In this document: positions 24,041 through 32,000 of the stretch, piece by piece
How the letters are laid out: the number at the start of each line of letters is the position of its first letter
Numbering within the stretch: position 1 is the stretch's first letter
Source of the DNA: Candidatus Jordarchaeales archaeon
GTDB taxonomy: Archaea; Asgardarchaeota; Jordiarchaeia; Jordiarchaeales; Freyrarchaeaceae
Length of the DNA stretch: 32,000 bases
NCBI GenBank assembly: GCA_038889235.1
Contig: JAWAHN010000001.1
Location: 1,004,499-1,036,498, forward strand
Reading direction: 5' to 3'
Translations under genes and position numbers: made by a program
The notes under the pieces: model-generated
Database searches by the model: none
Told to the model about the DNA's origin: nothing
What the model saw: the letters and a program-made list of their open reading frames with translations, nothing else

Positions 24041-26689
24041 ATGTACAAGGAAACCACCCTTTTGCAATTCCTTTCCTCTTCTAATGAAAAAACTAAAGAA
24101 AGCGATAAGAAAAATGGTACTAAACCTCCCAACTACACGAATAAAGAAGATAGCATTTTGTCTCAACCTCATACAGATAAGGATACCCATCTTACACCAA
24201 AAGAAACTGGTGCATGCCTCCTTATTTCAGTAGATTATGATGGTGAGCGAAATTGTGCTTATGTGCGCTTATATGATCCAGATAGCGGTAAACTCTTCTT
24301 TTGGTATGACAACACTGGGCATCGCCCCTACTGTCTTTCCGATCTTAGTGTTGAAGAATTGAAAAAGAATCCGAAGTTGATGTCGCATAGCGGCTTGGTA
24401 GGGTTCGAAGAAGTAGAGAAGTATGATCCTCTTCACGACAGAAAAGTGAAAATGACAAAGGTTATTGGGAGTAATCCTCTGGCGATAGGAGGCTCCCCCT
24501 CTTCTATTAGAGAAATTCTTCCCAACGCGTGGGAGGATAAGATACCCTACCATCATTGTTACATTTTCGATAGAAAATTAACTCCCGGAATGTTCTGGAG
24601 AATTAGAGATGGAAATTTGGAAAAAGTTGACCTAAATTTTGGAGAAGAGAAAGCCATTATGGAGTTATTTAAAAATGAACCAAAGGAAGTTCAGGAAATT
24701 TTAGCCGAATTCTTACCATTGTTCATGGCGCCGGTTCCGGACATCAAGCGTGTTGCTGTAGACATAGAGGTCCTCAGTGAGGTTGACAGGATTCCTGACC
24801 CTGAAGCAGCCGAAAACGAAGTGTTATGCGCTGCTTTAGTGTCAAATGATGGAGTTTCTAAGGTTCTCGTTTTGGAAAGAGAGGGTATGAATAAGGGTGA
24901 GGTCCCCAAAGAGTTGGTTGGCAAGTTTACCGTAGAATATTTTGCAAGTGAAATTGACCTCTTAAAGAGGCTTTTTAGTGAAATCGACAGATACCCGGTG
25001 GTTTTAACTTTTAATGGTGACAACTTTGACTTCAATTATTTATACCATAGAGCCTTAAAGTTAGGCTTCTCCAAAGAGGAGATCCCAATATTCCTGACTA
25101 AAGATGCGGCCTGTCTTCGTTACGGTGTGCACATAGACCTCTATAAGTTCTTTCACAACAAGTCGATACAGGTTTATGCCTTCTCGGGCAAATACAAGGA
25201 AGAAACACTTGACGCTATTTCCAAAGCACTTATCAACGTTGGTAAAATACAGATTGAAGAGGACATATCTCAATTACCGCTTCTCCTGTTAGCTGCGTAC
25301 TGCTGGCAGGACGCATACATAACTCTTGAGCTAACGCGTTTCGATGATAACTTGGTAATGAAACTAATCGTTTTAATGATGAGGATTTCACACTTGCCTA
25401 TGGGGGACTTGGTTAGGCAAGGAGTGTCCTCTTGGATTAAGAGTCTTTTCTACTATGAGCATAGAGCGAGAGGGTACCTTATTTCTAGACCGGAGGACAT
25501 ATTATCGATGAAAAACGTAAGAGACACAGAGCCCATAACGAAAGATAAAAAGTTCAAAGGAGCTAAAGTTGTTAAACCGAAACCTGGAGTACACTTCAAT
25601 GTTGCGGTATTAGACTTCGCCTCACTCTACCCGAGCATAATAAAAGAATATAATCTAAGTTATGAGACCGTGAGATGTCCTCATGAAGAATGCCGCACCA
25701 ACATTGTTCCGGAAACATCTCACTGGGTTTGCACCAAGAGACGGGGGATGAGCTCGCTTATAATCGGCTTCCTAAGAGATGTACGTGTTAAATGGTTTAA
25801 ACCTAAATCTAAAGATAAGGGGTTAAGCGAAGAATTACGAAAATGGTATTCCGTTGTTGAACGGGCGCTTAAAGTTTTCATAAACGCGAGTTACGGGGTT
25901 TTTGGAGCCGAACATTTTCCATTCTATTGTTTACCCGTAGCGGAAAGTACTGCTGCTATAGGCAGATATACAATAGAAGCAACTATAAGTAAAGCGCAGG
26001 AGCTCTCCCTAGAAATTATCTATGGAGACACAGACAGCGTGTTTATAAAGAATCCTCAGAGAGAGAAGGTGGAAGAATTAATTAAGTGGGCCCAGACCAC
26101 ACTCAACGTAGATTTAGACGTAGACAAGGTCTACCGCTATGTCGCTTTTTCTGAAAGAAAGAAGAATTATCTGGGAGTCTTCGAGGATGGCGCAGTAGAT
26201 ATCAAAGGTCTCACTGGAAGAAAACGCAACTCTCCACAGTTCATTCAGGAAGCATTTCTAAGAATGGTTGAAGTGTTAAGCAAAGTGCGTTCTGAGAAAG
26301 ACTTTAACGAAGCGAAAGACAAGATAGAAGAAATAGCACGTACATGCTACCTGAAAGTCCAGAGGAAAGAGTACAGCCTTGAGGAATTTGCATTCCGTGT
26401 GCAGCTAAATAAGCCCCTTAAGGGCTATGTAAAAACAACGCCGCAACACGTCAAGGCCGCTATGCAACTCTCTTCCTTTGGGAAAGATATCAAACCCGGC
26501 GACATAATCTCATTTGTCAAGGTTAAGGGGAAGGAGGGGGTCAAGCCCGTAGCTCTGGCCAAAAAAGAGGAAATAGATGTTGAAAAGTACAAGGAGTACC
26601 TCCGTACAGCGTTTGAACAGGTTTTAGATGCATTAGGATTAGATTTCGACAGAATTGTCGGATTAACAAGACTAGAATCCTGGATTTGA
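24041..26689 (+). CDS. polB1: Family B DNA polymerase, PolB1 type
   Basis: Has exonuclease motifs VDIEV and TFNGDNFD, polymerase motifs LDFASLYPSII, ALKVFINASYGVFG and YGDTDS, and a PolB1-like N-terminal region (YDP...WYDNTGHRPYCL). No intein is present. Confidence 0.95.
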   Translation: MYKETTLLQFLSSSNEKTKESDKKNGTKPPNYTNKEDSILSQPHTDKDTHLTPKETGACLLISVDYDGERNCAYVRLYDPDSGKLFFWYDNTGHRPYCLSDLSVEELKKNPKLMSHSGLVGFEEVEKYDPLHDRKVKMTKVIGSNPLAIGGSPSSIREILPNAWEDKIPYHHCYIFDRKLTPGMFWRIRDGNLEKVDLNFGEEKAIMELFKNEPKEVQEILAEFLPLFMAPVPDIKRVAVDIEVLSEVDRIPDPEAAENEVLCAALVSNDGVSKVLVLEREGMNKGEVPKELVGKFTVEYFASEIDLLKRLFSEIDRYPVVLTFNGDNFDFNYLYHRALKLGFSKEEIPIFLTKDAACLRYGVHIDLYKFFHNKSIQVYAFSGKYKEETLDAISKALINVGKIQIEEDISQLPLLLLAAYCWQDAYITLELTRFDDNLVMKLIVLMMRISHLPMGDLVRQGVSSWIKSLFYYEHRARGYLISRPEDILSMKNVRDTEPITKDKKFKGAKVVKPKPGVHFNVAVLDFASLYPSIIKEYNLSYETVRCPHEECRTNIVPETSHWVCTKRRGMSSLIIGFLRDVRVKWFKPKSKDKGLSEELRKWYSVVERALKVFINASYGVFGAEHFPFYCLPVAESTAAIGRYTIEATISKAQELSLEIIYGDTDSVFIKNPQREKVEELIKWAQTTLNVDLDVDKVYRYVAFSERKKNYLGVFEDGAVDIKGLTGRKRNSPQFIQEAFLRMVEVLSKVRSEKDFNEAKDKIEEIARTCYLKVQRKEYSLEEFAFRVQLNKPLKGYVKTTPQHVKAAMQLSSFGKDIKPGDIISFVKVKGKEGVKPVALAKKEEIDVEKYKEYLRTAFEQVLDALGLDFDRIVGLTRLESWI

Positions 26690-26803
26690 CCACATTTGAT
26701 CGTTTATCAAAGAATATTCAGTGCTCTTCCTTTTGAACACTTAGAGTTTAGAGTAAAACTTTTTACTTAGGGACTTTCTTTTTATTTCTTAAAAGTAAGG
26801 TTC

Positions 26804-27814
26804 GTGGTGTTACTTATGGAAATACGTGACCTCTTGGCTCGTAATGTACTGTTAATTGTAGATCCGTATACTCTGGGAAGGGATGCTGACGATTTTATGG
26901 CTGAATTTGGGGGATACATGGGGCAGATCGCTGCTGTGGCGAAGGATGAGGAGGGATTTGCACTTTATGACAGCAAGTATGCTCCCTTACACGAAAAACA
27001 TGGAAACTTTTTTTCAACTATAGCTGAAGCCGCCGGCGCTGTTGGGATCACGCTCTACGCGGTAATCAACACGTTCATTGATAATTACTATGCTGTCGAC
27101 CCTAGTTACAAGACTTATAATTCCGAGGGTGTTGCCGCCGAAGGATTCGTCTGCCCAAATAGGAGTGCTTTTTGGAGCTACTTAGCAAACATAGCTGATG
27201 AACTGTCTGCATATCCAATAAAAGGAATAATCCTCCAGGGCCTCTCTTACATACGCGAAAATTACTGTTTTTGCAATACTTGCAAGAACGAGTTTGCAAA
27301 AGTTGCCGGTCTTAATTTCGTAGCGAGTTTTGAATCACTGCGTGATGACCCCGAAGTTCTCTCCAAATGGTTTGAGTGGCGTGCTGAAAAAATTAAAAGC
27401 GTGGTAGCAAAGATACATGAAGTTGTTAAAGAAAAAGGTGTTGAAGTTCTTCCTATGGTGAACCTTGACCCGGGTGTAGGTTATCAAAATGGGGCTTACA
27501 CGCACTTCGGACAAAAGATAGAAGCCCTTTCAGAGATTACTGGGCATGTTCTGATAAACCTTAATTCATGGTCTCCCGTCCTACCTAAAATTGACACGCC
27601 GGAATTTAACGCCCTAATTCAAAACCTTCTGCCACTCAGAAACATAACCGCCAGACGCAGAAAAATCTCCTTTATGTACTGGGCGTTCACTGAAGAAGAC
27701 GAGTTTGAGTCACTAAAGAAGCTAGCGAGCTTCTTCAACGCAACTAAGATCGTAGCATACCCGAAATTTCCACGTAATTACAGACGTTGGCGCGAACTCC
27801 ACTTAAACATCTAA
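26804..27814 (+). CDS. Glycoside-hydrolase-like TIM-barrel protein (GHL10/GHL6-like), activity uncertain
   Basis: Motifs are FVCPN....W.YL.....EL..Y.IKGIIL, YCFCNTCK.EF, W.EWRAEKI...V..I...VK and FGQ. Confidence 0.65.
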   Translation: MVLLMEIRDLLARNVLLIVDPYTLGRDADDFMAEFGGYMGQIAAVAKDEEGFALYDSKYAPLHEKHGNFFSTIAEAAGAVGITLYAVINTFIDNYYAVDPSYKTYNSEGVAAEGFVCPNRSAFWSYLANIADELSAYPIKGIILQGLSYIRENYCFCNTCKNEFAKVAGLNFVASFESLRDDPEVLSKWFEWRAEKIKSVVAKIHEVVKEKGVEVLPMVNLDPGVGYQNGAYTHFGQKIEALSEITGHVLINLNSWSPVLPKIDTPEFNALIQNLLPLRNITARRRKISFMYWAFTEEDEFESLKKLASFFNATKIVAYPKFPRNYRRWRELHLNI

Positions 27815-27860
27815 AGCACTTTTTAACCTTCTGCATCTGAATTTGTTTCCTTCTTTATCT

Positions 27861-28418
27861 TTAACGTAGAGAGTGCCCGCATCTTTTGCAGAATCTGGCG
27901 TCTGAGGGGAGTGTTTCCCCACAAAAGATGCAAAATATTTTGCTTCCTTCAGAACTTACATTACTTTCAGAGTCTGGTCGCCGCTTATTAAAATAGTAAA
28001 TTCCTCCATCACTAAATGTCCCGATGTTATCCCTTGTGGAGTAATACTCTTTTTGCACTTCACTGATACTCCAAAGCCCCTTAGCATACTCTATAAACTT
28101 GTTATGCATGTAACGTTTTATCTTCAAATAATCATCTTCTGACAACCCTAGAAGTCTTAATGCCTCATCTCTGGTCGCGCACTTTTTCTCCAAACCACAG
28201 CAGTATGCAAGGCTACCGTAGCAAGTCATGGCCATAGCCTTATCTTGAAGGCTTTGAAAAACTGGGTGAATTCGTTCGCTGCCAATGACCAGTATCCCTC
28301 CCGCCTCCACTCTTACGTCGGCAAATCCCTCCTTTATGAGGGCACTCAGAACTTTGTCGGCAGGATATACGCGCCCATCTATCACTATGTTTCCCTCTGC
28401 TTTTGGGGTGCACCCCAT
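27861..28418 (-). CDS. Cys-rich protein with methanogenesis-marker-9-like half domain and C-terminal zinc ribbon
   Basis: Contains TCYGSLAYCCGLEKKCATRDEALRLLGLSEDDYLKIK and C-terminal CIFCGETLPSDARFCKRCG. An AAGGTGA RBS precedes ATG 28418. Confidence 0.7.
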   Translation of the reverse strand: MGCTPKAEGNIVIDGRVYPADKVLSALIKEGFADVRVEAGGILVIGSERIHPVFQSLQDKAMAMTCYGSLAYCCGLEKKCATRDEALRLLGLSEDDYLKIKRYMHNKFIEYAKGLWSISEVQKEYYSTRDNIGTFSDGGIYYFNKRRPDSESNVSSEGSKIFCIFCGETLPSDARFCKRCGHSLR

Positions 28419-28582
28419 TCCAATCACCTTGAAGGAGGAAGAGGGTACATTTTGTCGTCGATTTCTTCTCTTAGCGGTCTCTGTTTAAAAACACCTGTAA
28501 TATTCAGATTTTGTCCATATCAAAAGTTTTAATTTTCGTAGCATGGTATATGAATTAATGGAATTAAAAGGGGCTGACTAAG

Positions 28583-29371
28583 TTGTCTAGTGATGATTTT
28601 GAACGCATACTTGCCCAAGAAGCGCAATTGATGTATCAGCGTGCTAGCGGTTTCTCACCGGTGAAAGGCGATCTGACAGTCTGGAGAGGGGAAATAGAAG
28701 GTAGAGGAGAGTATAGAGGTCTCAAATTTGAGGTTGAAATAAAAATCCCCCCAACTTTTCCACAAGACCCTCCGTCTGTTAGGATGCTTTCCCCTACTGA
28801 TCACCCCAACGTGGATCCAGAAACGGGACGCGTTCGTCTAAGCATTTTAGATCAATGGCGGCCAGAATACCACGTCTACCACGTTGTTAACACAATTAAG
28901 GGAACATTTGCTAGAGTACCTCCTCGCCCCCTCTTTAAACCGCACATAAAGAAAGTTATGGTGTCAGCAATTGCTCCGGGTGAACCTTCACAGGTTGCTT
29001 CACCTGAAACCGCTGAGAAATTAAGCGCATTAGAGAGCCAGATTAAGGAACTTCAAAGAAAACTTCAGGAGAAAGATGAGGAAATTGCCTACCTTAAAGG
29101 TCGACTAACAACGCAAATAACCCCTGAAGTTAAAGCTGACCGCGTTAGCGCTATCAAAGTAGATGTCGATGAGCAGCTAGAATTGGAGAGCGAAAAAATA
29201 GCAATAGAAGACCTATTGAGATCGCTTGAAGAAAAGTTTGAAAGTGGGGAAATAGACCCGACAGACTACACACGCCTATACAGGAAGTACAAGAAAGAGT
29301 GGTATATAGTTACAAAGAAGCTTCGAATGCTTAAAAGTTTACCGAACCCAAGCTCTGGAGGAGAACGTTAA
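28583..29371 (+). CDS. ESCRT-I Vps23/TSG101-like protein (UEV domain, coiled coil, steadiness-box-like C-terminus)
   Basis: The UBC fold reads W.G.I.G...Y....F...I.IP..FP..PP.V...SPTDHPNVDPETGRVRLSIL, with Arg at the E2 catalytic Cys position. A Pro-rich linker, a coiled coil and EDLLRSLEEKFESGEIDPTDYTRLYR follow. Confidence 0.88.
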   Translation: MSSDDFERILAQEAQLMYQRASGFSPVKGDLTVWRGEIEGRGEYRGLKFEVEIKIPPTFPQDPPSVRMLSPTDHPNVDPETGRVRLSILDQWRPEYHVYHVVNTIKGTFARVPPRPLFKPHIKKVMVSAIAPGEPSQVASPETAEKLSALESQIKELQRKLQEKDEEIAYLKGRLTTQITPEVKADRVSAIKVDVDEQLELESEKIAIEDLLRSLEEKFESGEIDPTDYTRLYRKYKKEWYIVTKKLRMLKSLPNPSSGGER

Positions 29372-30039
29372 TGAGCATGGCCGAAAAAGTGAAATCACAG
29401 CGTGGAAACGAAAATTTGCGGCTTCAGTTGGAAGGAGAGCTATACGGATGCATCGCTACACTTGACATGCTAAGCAAGGTTTATGAAAACGGGTTAATCG
29501 ATGCAGATACCTATAGAAGACAATTAGAGTGGCATGTTAAACGCATTGTAAATGTGCGCTCAAGACTTGAAAGAGAGGGCTTCGATCTAAGGAAATTTGT
29601 TGAGGAAAACCAAATACTTAAAGATTATCCTTTCGCCTCTGCTAAGCTTCGGCTAATATCACCCGACGGCGCTACAATAAGGTCTGAAGATGAAATTCCT
29701 ATAGAAGCGCTTAAAGTTTCCCCCTCTGTTCTCGCTTCGAAAACTGCTGATGTTATCTCAAACTTGATAACATTAATGGATTCGTTGCAGCTGAAGGATT
29801 ACGCCCGAGTGGACGTTATTGTCCCCATACTTGATGAGCTACTTCTCCAACTTGAAAAGTTCCCCGGGTTGGATGGAGCGGAATACTGGGTTTACAAAGA
29901 GGCTAAAATTTGGCGTGACAAGCTGAAAGATCTACCCCCTGACATGATTCTTGAAGAAGAAGATGCTAAAAAAATGGGGTACAACGCATACCGCTGGTAT
30001 CGTGACTTTAAGCAACGGCTTAAAGACCTAACACTGTGA
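29371..30039 (+). CDS. ESCRT-I Vps28-like protein
   Basis: The N-terminal part reads ELYGCIATLDMLSKVYENGLIDADTY. The C-terminal bundle ADVISNLITLMDSLQL...VDVIVPILDELL...W...L......L resembles Vps28 ADVVSLFITVMDKLRL...MDEIQPDLREL. It overlaps the upstream stop by 1 bp. Confidence 0.9.
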   Translation: MSMAEKVKSQRGNENLRLQLEGELYGCIATLDMLSKVYENGLIDADTYRRQLEWHVKRIVNVRSRLEREGFDLRKFVEENQILKDYPFASAKLRLISPDGATIRSEDEIPIEALKVSPSVLASKTADVISNLITLMDSLQLKDYARVDVIVPILDELLLQLEKFPGLDGAEYWVYKEAKIWRDKLKDLPPDMILEEEDAKKMGYNAYRWYRDFKQRLKDLTL

Positions 30040-30788
30040 GGGAGGTCAGCATTTTGGGTTTACGCGAAATCCGTGAAAGAATTGAGATGAAGAAAAGTAT
30101 GGAAAAAAAGGCTCTCGAACTTAAACTGGAAGAACTAGAGAAGGAGCTTGAAAACGCGATGATGGTCAAAGAGAAGATAGAAAGTATCGCTGAAAAGTAC
30201 GGAGTTATCATAGCGGCTAGTCCTAAATTTCAAGAGGAAGTAAAGCTTCTAAGAGAAAAATACGGGATACCCGAAAGCGCGGTCATATCTCAAATAGTGA
30301 AAGAGGAAGACGTGTTAAAAGAAAGAATGTTTGGCCTATCTAAGAGCATAGATTACGAAAAACTTGGATTATTGATCTATCAACGTGCACTTTTCAGGCG
30401 TAAGGAAACGGGAGGGGTCATGTCCCTTGGGGAAGTGTGCCTCCTGATAGACACAGGCAAGCTCAAAGGTAAAATTAAAATGGATGATGTGAAGCGCGCT
30501 CTTAAAGAATTGGAGAAAAAACGTGTAATTCCCGGGTTACGCCAGCTTAAATCAGGAGTGGAAATCGCTATATTTATTCCGGCTGAGTTAAGTGACGATC
30601 AAAATGAAGTTCTAAATTTGGCTAGTGAAAAAGGCTTCATCACGTTAGAAGAATTAATGGTGAAGACTGGTTGGACAAAAGAGCGAGCTGAAAGAGTACT
30701 AAAATCGTTAGAAGAAAGTGGGATTGCCAGGAAAGAAGAAAGTTATGCATATGGAGAAAAATATTACTTCCCCGGACTAACTCGTTGA
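30036..30788 (+). CDS. ESCRT-II Vps22/SNF8-like (EAP30) protein with tandem winged helices
   Basis: Motifs are AEKY...I..SPKFQ, YEKLGL.I.......K.TGGVMSL.EV, DDVKRALKEL, ELSDDQNEVL.LA..KGFIT..EL....GWTKERA..VL..L...G.A and YYFPGL. There is a GTGA overlap with Vps28. Confidence 0.9.
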   Translation: MREVSILGLREIRERIEMKKSMEKKALELKLEELEKELENAMMVKEKIESIAEKYGVIIAASPKFQEEVKLLREKYGIPESAVISQIVKEEDVLKERMFGLSKSIDYEKLGLLIYQRALFRRKETGGVMSLGEVCLLIDTGKLKGKIKMDDVKRALKELEKKRVIPGLRQLKSGVEIAIFIPAELSDDQNEVLNLASEKGFITLEELMVKTGWTKERAERVLKSLEESGIARKEESYAYGEKYYFPGLTR

Positions 30789-31561
30789 ACTTGTTTTATC
30801 TTTTCCTTCCCCTAGTGGTTTTCCATCTATTGTCATCATAGGCCTTGCAGGTATACCCGCCCAAACTTGGTTTGGCGGTATTCTAGTGCCTGATAGTACT
30901 AAGGACATCGCCCCAACTACAGAGTTATCTCCTATTTCAACATCTGGGAATATTACGCTGTTTCCGCCTATGACAACATTCTTTCCTATCTTAACTCTTC
31001 CTATGCGCAATTTCCCCCTGTCGAACACATGCCCCGAAATTATGGATCCACCTCCAGCTATAGAACCATCTCCCATTTCCACTAGATATGGGTCTGCTAC
31101 AAACGAAGCCATGGAACCCTTTCCCATTTTAGCTCCAAGTCGTCTTAGCACGTATGCTCCAAGCCCTGGCATGCCAAATGGCCTGTTCCTGGCGAGGGGC
31201 TTCCCTACGCCAGTTCGAACCCTATATAGTGGAGAGCAAGGCATGTTACTAATCCGTTACGAAGCCAGTTCACCACGTTGGGGTTTCTTGGGCTCATCTC
31301 GTGCACTCCCTCCTCTACCGGCCTTATGGATCGTCCTGCCATGAACAGCAACGTTAAATTAAATGTCCACCTCGCGATAACATAGTATGCAGGTGCCAGA
31401 GCTACTAGCAGAAATAATGGTAACCTGAGAACTTCCATCATGAAGTAGACTAAAACCACGACTGGAATTATCCCTACAGTAGATGCGGCCAATAGGTACC
31501 CGACTAATAACCCGAGTAAGTTCGGAACTTTTTCCTCCCTTTTTTCATTGCTCAATTCCAA
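30777..31561 (-). pseudogene. Membrane-anchored hexapeptide-repeat (left-handed beta-helix) acyltransferase split by a one-base frameshift (pseudogene or sequence error)
   Basis: The N-terminal frame (31205-31561) has TM helices and stops at TAG. The C-terminal frame (30777-31244) has LRRLGAKMG and repeats VKIGKNVVIG..SVIFPDVEIGDNSVVGAMSLV...GIPA. The two frames overlap by about 40 nt. Confidence 0.75.
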
Positions 31562-31653
31562 CCCCCCAAAGTTATTCTATTATGTTTACTTTTCATCAAA
31601 TAGAGAATAAAAATTCTTTCAGCATTTTCCATTATCATTACAGTTATTCATAA

Positions 31654-32000
31654 CTAGAACACATCCTCTTTTAATTTCAAGAGGAATTTGCTCAGGGCTG
31701 CTGTAATGCCTACTTGTAAGGGTAGCATGCTGTAAAGTAATGGTTCGGTATATGGTGCTATGAGCCAAACGAGTAGGAGTAGTGGTAGGAACATAACGAT
31801 TCCTGCCACTATGGTTACTCTGCTTTCAATTTCTAAATTGTACCTTTGGTAATTTTCTTTGATTTTACTCCTAGCTTCCATTATTGCCAGTCTCCAGTCT
31901 GCATGTAGCTTCGCTGGCTTAAGTAGCATGTAACCCTGCTTTCTAAGTACTTTTAGGGGGGTTTTTTCGATTATGTCCAAAAAAGATTCATCGGCGCTCT
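31654..32000 (-). CDS. C-terminal part of a membrane protein, possibly type II secretion F / TadB-TadC-like; 5' end outside window
   Basis: The frame is open to the window edge. A cytoplasmic helical region is followed by two hydrophobic helices (VTIVAGIVMFLPLLLLVWLIAP; LLYSMLPLQVGITAALSKFLL). Confidence 0.5.
   Translation of the reverse strand, partial: SADESFLDIIEKTPLKVLRKQGYMLLKPAKLHADWRLAIMEARSKIKENYQRYNLEIESRVTIVAGIVMFLPLLLLVWLIAPYTEPLLYSMLPLQVGITAALSKFLLKLKEDVF

Noticed and set aside
24041-26689. Inteins in PolB1 (or RpoA')
   Set aside because: Lengths are normal, the conserved motifs are contiguous, and there are no LAGLIDADG or C-terminal HN-C/S/T splice signatures.
26752-26767. AGTAAAA-CT-TTTTACT palindrome upstream of the GH-like gene
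   Set aside because: It is short, very AT-rich and found only once, so chance is a sufficient explanation.
31205-31207. TAG read-through (pyrrolysine) or programmed -1 frameshift in the acyltransferase
   Set aside because: Read-through would not reach the hexapeptide-repeat frame, and no canonical slippery heptamer is present.
1-32000. CRISPR arrays, IS elements, rRNA
   Set aside because: I saw no regularly spaced direct repeats, terminal inverted repeats with a transposase, or rRNA-like sequence by eye.

Overview
This is 32 kb of gene-dense archaeal chromosome with no CRISPR array or mobile element that I could see. It is almost certainly from an Asgard archaeon, probably a thermophile (inference from the GC-rich tRNA and the E/K-rich proteins). 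Eukaryotic-signature genes include a eukaryote-like actin, a Roadblock/LC7 protein, an ARPC4 (Arp2/3 subunit 4)-like protein, and a translationally coupled ESCRT-I/II operon (Vps23/TSG101-like UEV protein, Vps28, Vps22/SNF8). Housekeeping genes include cofE-cofD plus a Dus-like TIM barrel, a divergent cofC, hisG, a stand-alone rpoA', prs, fae-hps, polB1, two tandem SAMHD1-like HD hydrolases and a NAD-kinase-like protein. The ORF track misses several real features: a 5' radical SAM gene running off the window, a 59-aa class III signal (pilin-like) gene, a 52-aa Cys-rich protein, and a 210-nt GC-rich locus (13604-13813). That locus is the top finding: it resolves by hand into a tRNA-Ser(CGA) interrupted by apparently five introns. 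Three of them have clear bulge-helix-bulge motifs, and the motifs imply an ordered splicing pathway. All family assignments come from motif recognition by eye, with no database searches or folding programs.
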